A stretch of 64,000 nucleotides of DNA from a virus, in IMG/VR virus record IMGVR_UViG_3300021087_000009, positions 1 to 64,000 of that record; one strand, given 5' to 3'. The notes under the pieces were generated by a model. The model was not told the origin of the DNA, did no database searches, and saw only the letters and a list, made by a program, of their open reading frames with translations. Position 1 is the stretch's first letter, and the number at the start of each line of letters is the position of its first letter. The position numbers and the translations under genes were made by a program. Shown piece by piece: positions 1 to 9,898 of the stretch.

Positions 1-2
1 GT

Positions 3-1958
3 GCAAATACAATTTCAGATTCACAAATAGGTAACGGTGGTGCTCCAGACATTCAATTTAAATATGAAGGTGCAACAACTACTCAAGCTAAACTAACAAT
101 GATTGGTGATACTACTCTTGCTGTTACGACAGCTGGCGCAACTATCAATAGTAAAGATGTAATGCTTGACGGTGCTGTAACATCACACTTAATTCCAGAT
201 ACAAATATTGCTTACGATTTAGGAAGTGCAACACACAAATTTAGAGATTTATACTTAGATGGTTCAAGTATTCATTTAGGTAGTACAATTTTAAGAGATG
301 ACGGCGCAGGTAGTTTACAAGTAAACCTTACAAACGTATTACAAATTGCCGCAGATGATTCAACTATACGCACAATTAATAGTGGAGAGTCAGTTAAGTT
401 TGTTGGAGCAGGATCTGTTACAACGGCTACTGACGCCGAAGGTAATCTTACAATTACAGGAAGTACAAATATTGTAAATGATACTACACCACAACTAGGT
501 GGCGAATTAGATACACAAGGTAATAATATTACAAATACAGGTAATATAGGACTAGGCGATAATAGCCATATTGATCTAGGACCATATTCTAAGATATCAG
601 ATACTTGGTTAAATAATCCTTATGGATACATGGTACTTGATCAGACCGACGCACCTGCGTTTGCCAGCGGACCAAGTATTGTTTTAAATTCTCACGGTTC
701 AAATGGTAACCAACAGCATTCAGATGGTGACTGGCTTGGTTCTTTGCTATGGTATGGTTATTCCTCAAACGGTACAAGTAGGGTTTTTGCTTTTTTAAGA
801 GCTACTGTTGAAGATGCAACTGATGGTGCTACAGAAGGACGCCTTAATATTCATCTTGGACATAATGGGGGATCTGCAACACCTTATGTATTTACTAATA
901 GCGGTATAGAGATGAATGCAGGTGTAGAATATTTAAAATTTCAAGGTGCAACTTATGATGCTACCAATATAACCACACTACAGGTAACAGATCCAACTGC
1001 CGCAAGAACAATTACATTGCCAGATGCAACTGGAACTATAGCGTTACAGAGTTGGGTTAACACACAAATTGCCGCAAGTTCTACTAGTGATTTAACAGGA
1101 AGTGTATTTGGTGATGACTCAACAGTACTAGTTGATGGTGTTAATAGTGCTATTAATTTAGATGGTACTGTTAAAGGTCATATAATACCAGATACAAACG
1201 ATACATACGACATTGGTTCAGCAACTTATAAAATTAGAGATTTATATCTAGGTAGCAATTCTTTACACATTGGTGCTACTGGAACAATAGGTATAACTGC
1301 TGACGTAATGACTGTGGCTGGAGCCACTGGTGGTTTTAAAGCTGTAGCATTTACTGGTAATAGTGGTGTGGCAATTGATGAGTTCAGTACAGATGGTACT
1401 ATGGCTGACAATAGTGATACGGCAGTTCCAACAGAACAAGCAGTTAAAACATACGTTGATGCAGGAGTTAATCCAACAGGGGCTGTTCTGTCATTTGCAG
1501 GTGCAAGTGCTCCAACAGGTTGGCTTCTTTGTTATGGACAAGCTATTAGTAGAACAACATACGCAGGCTTATTTACAGTACTAGCAGAAGTATACGGAGC
1601 AGGTGACGGATCAACAACTTTTAATGTGCCAGATTTACGTGGTCGTACTATTGCTGGACAAGATGATATGGGCGGAGCATCAGCTGATAGATTAACTGGT
1701 GCTGGCGGAGTAGGCGGCATTGATGGTGATGTACTAGGCGCTAGTGGCGGTACTGAAGCAGTAACACTTACTGAAGCACAAATGCCTGCTCATACTCATG
1801 ATTATACTAACCCACCATCTACAGGAACAGCCCAGAATTTTGCTGGTATTAGTGTTACAGGCGGTACTGGTACGTCACAAACAACAACAACAGGTAGTGG
1901 TAGTGCTCACGTTAACATGCAACCAACATTGATTTTAAATTATATTATTAAAACTTAA
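3..1958 (+). CDS. Tail fibre protein with C-terminal phage tail-collar domain (5' truncated; frame open from position 3)
   Basis: Gly/Thr/Asp-rich repeats (HLIPDTN.YDLGS twice); tail-collar motif GAVLSFAG..APTGWLLCYGQAISRTTYAGLF...FNVPDLRGR; no stop upstream of the ATG at 99. Confidence 0.85.
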   Translation, partial: ANTISDSQIGNGGAPDIQFKYEGATTTQAKLTMIGDTTLAVTTAGATINSKDVMLDGAVTSHLIPDTNIAYDLGSATHKFRDLYLDGSSIHLGSTILRDDGAGSLQVNLTNVLQIAADDSTIRTINSGESVKFVGAGSVTTATDAEGNLTITGSTNIVNDTTPQLGGELDTQGNNITNTGNIGLGDNSHIDLGPYSKISDTWLNNPYGYMVLDQTDAPAFASGPSIVLNSHGSNGNQQHSDGDWLGSLLWYGYSSNGTSRVFAFLRATVEDATDGATEGRLNIHLGHNGGSATPYVFTNSGIEMNAGVEYLKFQGATYDATNITTLQVTDPTAARTITLPDATGTIALQSWVNTQIAASSTSDLTGSVFGDDSTVLVDGVNSAINLDGTVKGHIIPDTNDTYDIGSATYKIRDLYLGSNSLHIGATGTIGITADVMTVAGATGGFKAVAFTGNSGVAIDEFSTDGTMADNSDTAVPTEQAVKTYVDAGVNPTGAVLSFAGASAPTGWLLCYGQAISRTTYAGLFTVLAEVYGAGDGSTTFNVPDLRGRTIAGQDDMGGASADRLTGAGGVGGIDGDVLGASGGTEAVTLTEAQMPAHTHDYTNPPSTGTAQNFAGISVTGGTGTSQTTTTGSGSAHVNMQPTLILNYIIKT

Positions 1959-2356
1959 TGAACTACAACAGATTTCTTATCCATTCTTAGATATGGACAA
2001 GTATGACAAAGCCATCCTTTAGATGATACAATATAAAGTACTGGTTCTCTAGCTTCATTTATATGACAAGTAGAAAATGTCATAGTGCCCTTTTGTTCTA
2101 TAGGTTCATCACCAACTGTACAGGTAGCTAATGGTACTTTGTTAATTAAAGGAAATGCCCAAACAACATCTAATTTCCCATCATGATCTGTATCCATATA
2201 CGTAGTGATAGTTTTAGGTATATCTGACCATGACCAAAATGACATACTCCGAAAGAAGTCTGTTTTACTTGCAAACATAGTTGTTGGATTAATTTCTTCT
2301 GCTAATGCTGAAGTAGAAAAGATCAGGAAAACTGATATTAAAAATATTTTTTTCAT
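1955..2356 (-). CDS. Secreted protein with DxDxDG loop and C-terminal CxxCP; paralog of 59874..60365
   Basis: Signal peptide MKKIFL...ALA; DTDHDGKLD; CHTCP. Confidence 0.6.
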   Translation of the reverse strand: MKKIFLISVFLIFSTSALAEEINPTTMFASKTDFFRSMSFWSWSDIPKTITTYMDTDHDGKLDVVWAFPLINKVPLATCTVGDEPIEQKGTMTFSTCHINEAREPVLYIVSSKGWLCHTCPYLRMDKKSVVVH

Positions 2357-2357
2357 A

Positions 2358-2717
2358 CTATTTGCCTTTTCGACGAGTTTTGCGTTGCTTAGATAGAAGC
2401 TCTAATTCATCAACATGCAGTTTTTGAACCCTTGAGATGTCTATCTTAATATCTCTTAGATTCTCTTGCATTTCTGTAAAACGATCATAACTTTCGCTAA
2501 AGAATTTATTTTGATTACTGATAGCGTCAACTACCCACCACCACCAAGTAAATGCAATAGTTCCAAATATTACTGCTATTGACATTTGAAGGATTTCAGT
2601 TACAGAATCTAAATTGAAATGTAGACTTAATAATAGTCCTAGTAAGGCTGTTAAAGGTAATACCCGTCCCACCCATACGTAAAATCTGGTGAAAGTAGTT
2701 TGATATACTCTCTTCAT
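2358..2717 (-). CDS. Two-TM membrane protein with coiled-coil tail
   Basis: Two hydrophobic stretches, basic C-terminus. Confidence 0.55.
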   Translation of the reverse strand: MKRVYQTTFTRFYVWVGRVLPLTALLGLLLSLHFNLDSVTEILQMSIAVIFGTIAFTWWWWVVDAISNQNKFFSESYDRFTEMQENLRDIKIDISRVQKLHVDELELLSKQRKTRRKGK

Positions 2718-2721
2718 GGTG

Positions 2722-3843
2722 TTACTCTCCTATAACACCAAATGGTTTCCAAATCCCAGGTGTACCGCTTCGAATACATACCCAGCCAACATAGCCTGTT
2801 GGTTGTGGTTCTGAATTCCAAACAATATCGCCCTTACCGTAGATTCCATTCACAGGTGCTTCTCGTCCGACTTCGAATTTCTTATTTTCAAATTTGATTG
2901 GCCCAGATGTGCTGAAACATACGTCAGGATTGTTTACCCCTACTCCTAATTTTCCAGATATGGTTGTGATGCTGTCACTATCGGATCCAATTGTAATCCG
3001 ATTATTTGCTTTCAGTTCCACTCGGCATTGATTATCAGTGATTAATTTCATATCACTAGTAGTATAAGTTCCTACACTAACTGAATCATAATCAGGGTCG
3101 ACAATAAATTCCACTTCGTTACCTGCAACACTTAATTGTCCGTTACTAGCATCAGTACCTATACCGAGTCTCATTTGATCACCATCATAAAAGATGAATT
3201 GATCTATTATTAAATTGCCTTCGGTTCTAAGATTTCTTAATGTGCCTACACTTGTTAAACTTGAGGTCGCTACATTTGGGCCTAATTCGTTGTTACTTAA
3301 TACTTTAATATTGCCTATACAGTATTCAGCCTCTTCGTGTAAATCAATAGATTCACTTGACCAAATACGATCAGGATTTGCAGACATTATTAATTGCTTA
3401 GTATGTCCCGATCCTGTCCACATGAGTCCTTTACCATAAGGTCCGTCGTTTTCAGTACATTCAAATATTAAAGGAGTTGTTCGTTCGTTTCTAACATCTG
3501 CTTTTAGTTCATCTACTTCTAGTCTGGAAGCAGTAATAGTACCACCTACAGTAAGATTAGATTCTACTTTAACATCACCAAGCAGGTCGTGGACTGTAAG
3601 TGTGTCAGTAAGTACGCCATCGTTGGTTACAACAAGAGTTTGTTTTGTTGCTTCGTCGCGAATTCCTAAACTTGAGAAATCTGCAATTTTGCCACCGTGT
3701 ATTTTATTGCCACTTAAACTTCTATCTGCAATTTCAGGTGCAGGAAGTTGTCTGTGAGCAATAGTGTCGATCGCCTCACCTAATTGTAAAAGTCCGTTTT
3801 TTACTGCTAGAATTTCAGTATCATTTATATCATGTGTGCTCAT
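2722..3843 (-). CDS. Virion structural (fibre-like) protein
   Basis: SSLTSVGTL repeat-type motif; C-terminal GDIVWN..P...G..GWVC...GTPG.W motif typical of fibre proteins; TAAATA late promoter upstream. Confidence 0.6.
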   Translation of the reverse strand: MSTHDINDTEILAVKNGLLQLGEAIDTIAHRQLPAPEIADRSLSGNKIHGGKIADFSSLGIRDEATKQTLVVTNDGVLTDTLTVHDLLGDVKVESNLTVGGTITASRLEVDELKADVRNERTTPLIFECTENDGPYGKGLMWTGSGHTKQLIMSANPDRIWSSESIDLHEEAEYCIGNIKVLSNNELGPNVATSSLTSVGTLRNLRTEGNLIIDQFIFYDGDQMRLGIGTDASNGQLSVAGNEVEFIVDPDYDSVSVGTYTTSDMKLITDNQCRVELKANNRITIGSDSDSITTISGKLGVGVNNPDVCFSTSGPIKFENKKFEVGREAPVNGIYGKGDIVWNSEPQPTGYVGWVCIRSGTPGIWKPFGVIGE

Positions 3844-3851
3844 ACTAGTAT

Positions 3852-5144
3852 TTATCTTACTGCCTTAAGAATAATAGTATCGGTATTAATCCGGCCATTA
3901 AGTTTGATATCTACAGCATTAATATCTTCGAGGAAAGTACGTAGTTTAATCTTTCCGGCATCTTTAAATTCTTTAAGTTTTTCCTGTGGCTTTCTAAGGG
4001 TCTTTTGTACTGATTCTTCTTTAAAGCCTGTAATTGTTGTACCTTTAATACTTAATCCAGTACCATCACGTTCCAAATGCATTGGATCAACACTACTAGC
4101 AAGATATCTTCCTAATTTCCGTGTTTTAACATTAAAGATCCATAGTTCTTCACACCCTATAATGTCTATTGGGTTAATACTTGCTATTTGTAGTTTATCG
4201 TCTTTAATTGCATACTTTAATTTAGCAACTAATTTTTCTTTGCTTTTCGGTGCTCTTTTCCGTGTTTTCCGATTAGCTTTACCTTCTGCAATAACAAGTT
4301 CTAATGCACCTTTAAAGTTTAAAAGTCCTTCTAGTTTTAATTTTATAGCTTTTTTATCATAACACAAATATGCTTCTTTAAGTTGTTCTGCCCAATCTTG
4401 TTCTCTTTCACTTAACTTTGCAAGTTCTTTTTTAGAAAGCGGATTTAGTAATTCTTCTAATTCACTGATTTCATCAGTATAAAATTCTATTATTTTTCTA
4501 GCATGAGCTTGTGTTACTTTTAATTCAGCAAAGTGTTTAGGAAAGTTAAATCCTTGCGGATCAAACTTACTTGGCTCTTCAACCCATCCTTCTAACCAAT
4601 CATCAATTGGTTCCATCATTTTATAGGATTGCATTCTAATACGATCTTGTATAGATAACTTAGGACCACCAACTAGTTTTACTGCGGCGTCTTTCTTTTC
4701 TTGAACAATAGCTTCACCAATTGGAACTAATTCGTCTAGTTGTTTATGAAGCCAATCTGTTGTTTTTCTTGCTGGACCCATTAATCCAGGCATAGAATCT
4801 ATAAATTCTTGTTCTCCGGGATGTAAATCTGGCATACCTTTAGTTAGTTGCCTAGATAATGCTCCTAGAGTACAACTAAATTTATGATCAGGGCATTTAC
4901 CAATAGCTTGTGCTTTATCTTTATAGTTCTTATGATTCTTGCAATATTCTATAACCCAAGGTTTAAAGTCAGAAGACTTATGTTCTAAACGATAATGATC
5001 TAACGCACTACTTTTTGCATAATGAAAGTCTTTTGCAGACATTTCCAAACCGTTTGAAAGATCAGGCTCGTTGCCTTTGTTACTTGTTCGTCGAGCGATC
5101 TTTTTCTTTTTCTTACTTCCTCGTAAGTTAATCGACCGTGCCAT
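3852..5144 (-). CDS. Conserved T4-like phage hypothetical protein
   Basis: 430 aa; SD AAGGAG; sigma70-like promoter upstream; C-terminal KTLRKP...NGRIN motif. Confidence 0.6.
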   Translation of the reverse strand: MARSINLRGSKKKKKIARRTSNKGNEPDLSNGLEMSAKDFHYAKSSALDHYRLEHKSSDFKPWVIEYCKNHKNYKDKAQAIGKCPDHKFSCTLGALSRQLTKGMPDLHPGEQEFIDSMPGLMGPARKTTDWLHKQLDELVPIGEAIVQEKKDAAVKLVGGPKLSIQDRIRMQSYKMMEPIDDWLEGWVEEPSKFDPQGFNFPKHFAELKVTQAHARKIIEFYTDEISELEELLNPLSKKELAKLSEREQDWAEQLKEAYLCYDKKAIKLKLEGLLNFKGALELVIAEGKANRKTRKRAPKSKEKLVAKLKYAIKDDKLQIASINPIDIIGCEELWIFNVKTRKLGRYLASSVDPMHLERDGTGLSIKGTTITGFKEESVQKTLRKPQEKLKEFKDAGKIKLRTFLEDINAVDIKLNGRINTDTIILKAVR

Positions 5145-5183
5145 CGTAAAATTTCTCCTTAAAGAATAACTGTTGCATTAGCT

Positions 5184-5211
5184 ATTATATAGCAAGGAAA
5201 TTAAAAGTCAA
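5184..5211 (-). promoter_or_regulatory. Sigma70-like promoter TTGACT-N16-TATAAT
   Basis: Read directly on the minus strand upstream of 5144. Confidence 0.6.
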
Positions 5212-5230
5212 GTAAAAGTGGATTTAATTC

Positions 5231-6562
5231 TTAAATTTTTTCACCGGATTCAAAGCCTCTAAAGCATTTAAATCTTGGAAAACGTAAGCTATAAGTCTTT
5301 GAATCTTGTGATTTAGTTCGAGCATCTGCCCTAATTTCAATCAAAACACCAATGAGCTTATCACGGCTAGCCCAGAAGCTATCACGTTCACTGTCAGTGA
5401 AACCGCTTCCACAGTTAAGGTGATAAGTGTGTCCATCGTCTTCTCCTTCTACTATTACAGCACCCAAACGTCCTTCGTTACGTCCGGTACCTTCTTCTAC
5501 AGCAACTACTTTTAAAGTTACTTCAATGAATGGTTTTAGCTTTAACCAAGCTGTAGATCTTTTACATTCATATGGTGCATCAAGATCTTTAATCATAATA
5601 CCTTCGTATCCACCGTCTACAGCCGCTTTGTTTACGTTTGTATACGTTTTTTGCCCTTCATGGGTCTCTAGGTCTACTATTTCGTGATCAAGCACTTGTA
5701 CGTGCTCTAAGACATCTTTATGATCGTTATACCAATGTGTTAACATTTGGGTTCTAAGTTCTTGTGATTTATCCCAACCACCTTCCAAAAAGTCTTTTAA
5801 AGGTATAAAATCAAAGAGATGTAAAATAGCATCTTTGGCTGTAACATTACTTTTACGATGTACCTGTTTCATTAAGTCTTGAAAGTTATCGCTCATTACT
5901 TCTCCGTCCAACACTAAATCATATGGTGGTGGAGATTTTTTAACGACAGTTTGAATTTCATCAATAATATGTTGGAAGTTTATAAACTGTTTTCCGTTTC
6001 TGCTAAATTGTTCTATATTACCGTCTTTACGAACAATTGTCAAAACCCTTACACCGTCTAATTTAACTTCTAGCATCTTTTTGCCAGTAAGTTTCTTTTC
6101 GTGCTTTGCAGAGTCTTGTGCTAGTTGACAATTAAAAACTGGAACACTATATTTGTCAAATCCGTTTTTCTTAGCAACATTGTTAACAGTTTTTTCACTT
6201 ACTCCGCAACGTAAGTCTTTAATAAGAATTCTACGATAAAATCCATTCCATTGCTCTGCTGTTGCAGAACTCATTACAAGCTCAATAGCATCTCGTGCCG
6301 CATGGCCTGTTAATTCTCTATTTTTAAGTTTTTCAGCTAGTTCTTTAAATACTTTCCATTCACATCCCTGGCCTGAAATTACAGTATCTTTAGTAGGAAC
6401 TTGTTTAACGCCAAATGTGTATAAAGGATCTAAACACATTTTTACGCCTTCAAAGAACTCGTCAAGTCCTTCGTTCATTGCGTCTTTTAAAATGGATTCT
6501 TTAGCTAGACGAGAATTGTCTGCTTCTAGTTTTTCAATTATATTTTGTGGTTGTGTTCTCAT
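5231..6562 (-). CDS. ATP-dependent DNA ligase
   Basis: EVKLDGVR (KxDG), LDGE, YEGIMIK, WLKLKP, SLRFPRF motifs. Confidence 0.95.
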   Translation of the reverse strand: MRTQPQNIIEKLEADNSRLAKESILKDAMNEGLDEFFEGVKMCLDPLYTFGVKQVPTKDTVISGQGCEWKVFKELAEKLKNRELTGHAARDAIELVMSSATAEQWNGFYRRILIKDLRCGVSEKTVNNVAKKNGFDKYSVPVFNCQLAQDSAKHEKKLTGKKMLEVKLDGVRVLTIVRKDGNIEQFSRNGKQFINFQHIIDEIQTVVKKSPPPYDLVLDGEVMSDNFQDLMKQVHRKSNVTAKDAILHLFDFIPLKDFLEGGWDKSQELRTQMLTHWYNDHKDVLEHVQVLDHEIVDLETHEGQKTYTNVNKAAVDGGYEGIMIKDLDAPYECKRSTAWLKLKPFIEVTLKVVAVEEGTGRNEGRLGAVIVEGEDDGHTYHLNCGSGFTDSERDSFWASRDKLIGVLIEIRADARTKSQDSKTYSLRFPRFKCFRGFESGEKI

Positions 6563-6596
6563 TTATTTGCCTCTCTATTGCCTAATTATTATATAC

Positions 6597-6625
6597 ATTA
6601 TACAATCATTACCAATTAAAGTCAA
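6597..6625 (-). promoter_or_regulatory. Sigma70-like promoter TTGACT-N17-TATAAT
   Basis: Near-consensus, upstream of the ligase. Confidence 0.7.
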
Positions 6626-6634
6626 CCTCTTTTT

Positions 6635-6711
6635 TGGCGTGCCTGATAGGATTCGAACCTACGGCCTCTAGTTCCGCAAACTAACGCTCTATCCAACTGA
6701 GCTACAGGCAC
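6635..6711 (-). tRNA. tRNA-Arg(GCG)
   Basis: GTGCCTG/CAGGCAC acceptor, TAGCTCAGTTGGATAGAGC D-arm, TTAGT-TTGCGGA-ACTAG anticodon arm, GTTCGAATC T-loop, encoded CCA. Confidence 0.9.
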
Positions 6712-6937
6712 AACTAAACTGTATACTCTTTTTTGGCTTTTGTCAAGTTAAAAAGGACAACGTGTACCAACACGAATTGAATTATTATCAAAAATCTCTC
6801 GTGTTGAAACTCCGCCCTTATAATCTAGGTAAGTTTTTACTTCGCATGTTTTGATATATTCAGTGGTATTGGTGCAAGAGGTTATAAGTAAGATTACTAA
6901 TAATATGGTAAAAATTTTCATCACTAACTATTTACTC

Positions 6938-6972
6938 AAAAAAAAAATGGACGACCCGAAAGCCGTCCATTT
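6938..6972 (-). terminator. Rho-independent terminator
   Basis: ATGGACGGC-TTTCGG-GTCGTCCAT hairpin followed by a long T tract. Confidence 0.8.
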
Positions 6973-6991
6973 GTGATCACTAAGCTAAAAT

Positions 6992-7237
6992 TTACTTAGT
7001 TGATGTAGCAAGTGCTTTGTAACCTGCGGCTACAACTGCTCTGCTAGGATTACCAAGACGATATTTTCTAACACCGTTCTTTTTAGTATTAAGATAAACA
7101 GCATGACCTGAAAATCTTAGTGACTGGATAACTGCTTGAGGATTGCCTGCTTTAAATTTGCTGGCGATCTGTTTGCTAGTTAGTTCTGAACCGTTTTTGA
7201 GTGCGGTTAGTACACTATCTTGAATTGTCTGCTTCAT
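6992..7237 (-). CDS. Small winged-HTH DNA-binding protein
   Basis: VLTAL.NG.ELT..QI...F...NP.A.I..LR..G..VY...YRLG pattern; SD GGAGG. Confidence 0.6.
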   Translation of the reverse strand: MKQTIQDSVLTALKNGSELTSKQIASKFKAGNPQAVIQSLRFSGHAVYLNTKKNGVRKYRLGNPSRAVVAAGYKALATSTK

Positions 7238-7291
7238 TATTGAGCCTCCTTATATAAGTAGTACAATTATTTGTACTGTTCAAGTTTTATT

Positions 7292-7320
7292 ATTATACGA
7301 TAATTAATGAGAGAAGTCAA
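7292..7320 (-). promoter_or_regulatory. Sigma70-like promoter TTGACT-N17-TATAAT
   Basis: Read directly upstream of 7237. Confidence 0.7.
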
Positions 7321-7335
7321 CCTTTAGTTAACCAA

Positions 7336-7938
7336 TTATATAAAATCGGGTCCATGTACCCAGCCTACTAAAGACTTTCGTGTGCCTTTTGTGACCGGAT
7401 GTACCTGATGAGGAATCCAAGACGGAAAAAATACTGCTTCGCCCTTATCTAATTTACATTTAAAGTTATCCCCACCTGTCCAAATCTCAAGGTCACCATC
7501 TTCGTATTCACTAGGGTCATTTAATCCAATTGAAAAAGATAGCTTTCGTCCAAAGCCGTTGCTCCCTTTAAGGAATGTGTCCGTATGGCATCTATAGTGG
7601 CCTGTTGGTGGATATACACTATATTGGAGAGGTTCAATATATGAAATATTGAATTTAAAATAGTTATTATTTACAAAATGAATTACTTCAGTTAGCTTAT
7701 TGTATACTTCTTCGTTTGTCCTAGTATCAATCCAAGCTATGTTTGTTATTCTATGTCGGTCGTTTTGTGGTTGGTCTTCCCCTAATGTTACTTTACCTTG
7801 CTGAAGCATTTCGTGGTTTTCTACAAAATCATCTAGTTGTTTAATTAAATCATCTGTTAAGGCATTTTTCACACAATAAAAGAATTGTTGATTATTTGAT
7901 GTTGAGTCTATCCAAAACCCTGCTCCTGTGTTGCTCAT
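7336..7938 (-). CDS. 2OG-Fe(II) oxygenase (PKHD/prolyl-hydroxylase type)
   Basis: HTD...RKLS...FPS..PH.V.PV..G.R.SLVGW. Confidence 0.9.
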   Translation of the reverse strand: MSNTGAGFWIDSTSNNQQFFYCVKNALTDDLIKQLDDFVENHEMLQQGKVTLGEDQPQNDRHRITNIAWIDTRTNEEVYNKLTEVIHFVNNNYFKFNISYIEPLQYSVYPPTGHYRCHTDTFLKGSNGFGRKLSFSIGLNDPSEYEDGDLEIWTGGDNFKCKLDKGEAVFFPSWIPHQVHPVTKGTRKSLVGWVHGPDFI

Positions 7939-8639
7939 TTTTGCATATGGCCTATTTCTTGGAAATAGCTTCTAGTTATTACATCACTAAATAATGTACA
8001 TTGTTCACCTAGTTGTATTTCTATATCTATTTGTGTTGAATGATCAGTATTAGAATTATTTTTTAAACTTTGTTTCCGGAATGGATTTAAAAAATATATT
8101 GCGCCTTCTTGTAGATATAATGCGTCAAATCCTTCAACTTCTGCTACACATTTTTCTGTATTTGGCATTATTAGTGTCATCAGAACATTTAATTTATCTG
8201 TATCAAGATTATCAAATTTTAAATCTTTACTAGGCTCGTATAATACCGTAGTCGTGTTTGGTGGAATACGTGTATATCGTAGACAATTAATAGTATCAGC
8301 TGGAAATTCTTCCTTTATATAAGCTGACATCTCCGGTACTGGAAAGTTTTCCCAAGGAAGCCATTGCTTCTTGTTTTTAGCAATATATTCTAAAATTCCT
8401 TGATTATCTTTAAAGAGGTGTGGATATTGCATCCACAGTCTTTCAGTTTCAATTCGACCTTGATGATGCCAAGGCAATGGAATAAAATCTTGTGGCTTAA
8501 CAGAACTTAAATTAAATTTCAACCAGCCAATAGTACCTGACTTCATTTCGTTTAATACCCAATTAAAAACTGCTTGTCCATCAGTCTCGTCTATGGAGCC
8601 ATCACGTGGCATTTCAGGTAATTTTTGTTTTATTTCCAT
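7935..8639 (-). CDS. Hypothetical protein (possibly degenerate cupin/AspH-like)
   Basis: 234-aa ORF coupled to the oxygenase; no clear metal ligands. Confidence 0.45.
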   Translation of the reverse strand: MEIKQKLPEMPRDGSIDETDGQAVFNWVLNEMKSGTIGWLKFNLSSVKPQDFIPLPWHHQGRIETERLWMQYPHLFKDNQGILEYIAKNKKQWLPWENFPVPEMSAYIKEEFPADTINCLRYTRIPPNTTTVLYEPSKDLKFDNLDTDKLNVLMTLIMPNTEKCVAEVEGFDALYLQEGAIYFLNPFRKQSLKNNSNTDHSTQIDIEIQLGEQCTLFSDVITRSYFQEIGHMQK

Positions 8640-8713
8640 ACTAATTTTTTACACTTTCGTTTTTCAAAATCATACGATTCACAATACCAGTATTCTAATA
8701 TCCATTCAAACAT
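8630..8713 (-). CDS. 27-aa peptide MFEWILEYWYCESYDFEKRKCKKLVWK (not in ORF track)
   Basis: SD AAGGAG just upstream; immediately follows tRNA-Thr and overlaps the next start. Confidence 0.45.
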   Translation of the reverse strand: MFEWILEYWYCESYDFEKRKCKKLVWK

Positions 8714-8728
8714 AACTTCTCCTTATTT

Positions 8729-8802
8729 TGGAGCCCCCGGACAGGATCGAACTGCCGTCTAGGACTTACAAAGACCTTGCTAAACCACTCAGCTACAGGG
8801 GC
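8729..8802 (-). tRNA. tRNA-Thr(TGT)
   Basis: GCCCCTG/CGGGGGC acceptor, loop TTTGTAA (one T-T mismatch in the anticodon stem), GTTCGATC T-loop, CCA. Confidence 0.85.
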
Positions 8803-8803
8803 A

Positions 8804-8998
8804 TTAAAAATCTGCTGGTCCACATTCACCTTTTAAATGATTTACTCTTTCTTGTAGGAATCTAATACTAGTATGAATATGACCGGTGTCATGATCACGT
8901 ATCAATGTTTTATAATATGCTATTTCACGTTCTAAAACACTAATCGTAATTAGTTCCCCTGGAAAATCATTATGTTTCTTCGTTATTGTCTTCGTCAT
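8804..8998 (-). CDS. Hypothetical protein
   Basis: Packed ORF in operon. Confidence 0.55.
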   Translation of the reverse strand: MTKTITKKHNDFPGELITISVLEREIAYYKTLIRDHDTGHIHTSIRFLQERVNHLKGECGPADF

Positions 8999-9212
8999 CG
9001 TTAATACTTATTTCTGTCTCTGGTCCTTGAGACATTTTTCTGAACAATTCGTCCAGATCGAAATTTGGATCTTCTAGCATTGTTAATGCATGATTTGGAC
9101 CGGTGGCTAGTTTGTTTCTAAGCATATATGTTAAAACAAAAACTAAGTCGTACTTATCAATAGGATGGTTCTTAAGTACAACATCAACCTCTGCTCTAAG
9201 CAATGATTTCAA
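8970..9212 (-). CDS. Hypothetical protein
   Basis: Packed ORF in operon. Confidence 0.5.
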   Translation of the reverse strand: MKSLLRAEVDVVLKNHPIDKYDLVFVLTYMLRNKLATGPNHALTMLEDPNFDLDELFRKMSQGPETEISINDDEDNNEET

Positions 9213-9624
9213 TCCGATGAACGTTTAATTTACACTTTTCCAAAAAATCAACTCCTTCTTTACTTCTGTATTCGTGTTTGTAGTATATTGTAGTAATCCC
9301 GCTTTGGTAGATTAATTTAGCACATTCTAAGCAGGGACTATGTGTTACAAATAATGTGGAATCTAATCCACTCTCATTTGATTGTGCTAATTTGGCGATG
9401 GAATTTGTTTCAGCATGAAGTACTTCAGGTTTAGATTTTAATTTGCCTTCAGTTAATTCGTTTTCGCAGTTATTATCCCAACCAGTAGGCATACCATTGT
9501 ATCCAATAGAAATAATTCGATTATCCTTAACAATAATAGCACCAACATTTAATCGTCTTGCAGATGATAGTTTCCCAAATCTTTCTGCAACATCCATGTA
9601 TGCATCAATAAATTTAGGCTTCAT
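9196..9624 (-). CDS. dCMP deaminase
   Basis: IGYNG, HAE, SPCLEC zinc motifs. Confidence 0.92.
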   Translation of the reverse strand: MKPKFIDAYMDVAERFGKLSSARRLNVGAIIVKDNRIISIGYNGMPTGWDNNCENELTEGKLKSKPEVLHAETNSIAKLAQSNESGLDSTLFVTHSPCLECAKLIYQSGITTIYYKHEYRSKEGVDFLEKCKLNVHRIEIIA

Positions 9625-9898
9625 TAATTTCTACTTTCTGTACTCTATCATACTTAAATGATCTCCAACCTTTGGCGTTTAGATCCCAAACATTAACATT
9701 ACCTTCTTTAACTTTTTTATCTGTCTTAGGATGGCTTTCTTCCGGAATAATTTTGAGACTCTTAGTACAAGTCATTATTCGTTCATCGCCATCTAACTTT
9801 AAAAAAGTAACTACTGCTGTTTTTTCTTTTAATGCATCGATAAGGTCATCTTGTGTCGGAATGCCTTTCATGTCTGCTATTGTTTCTTTAATATCCAT
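9614..9898 (-). CDS. SH3/WYL-like beta-barrel protein (DUF2693-like)
   Basis: VTF.K.DG..R.M.CT ... VWDL...GWRSF. Confidence 0.75.
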   Translation of the reverse strand: MDIKETIADMKGIPTQDDLIDALKEKTAVVTFLKLDGDERIMTCTKSLKIIPEESHPKTDKKVKEGNVNVWDLNAKGWRSFKYDRVQKVEINEA

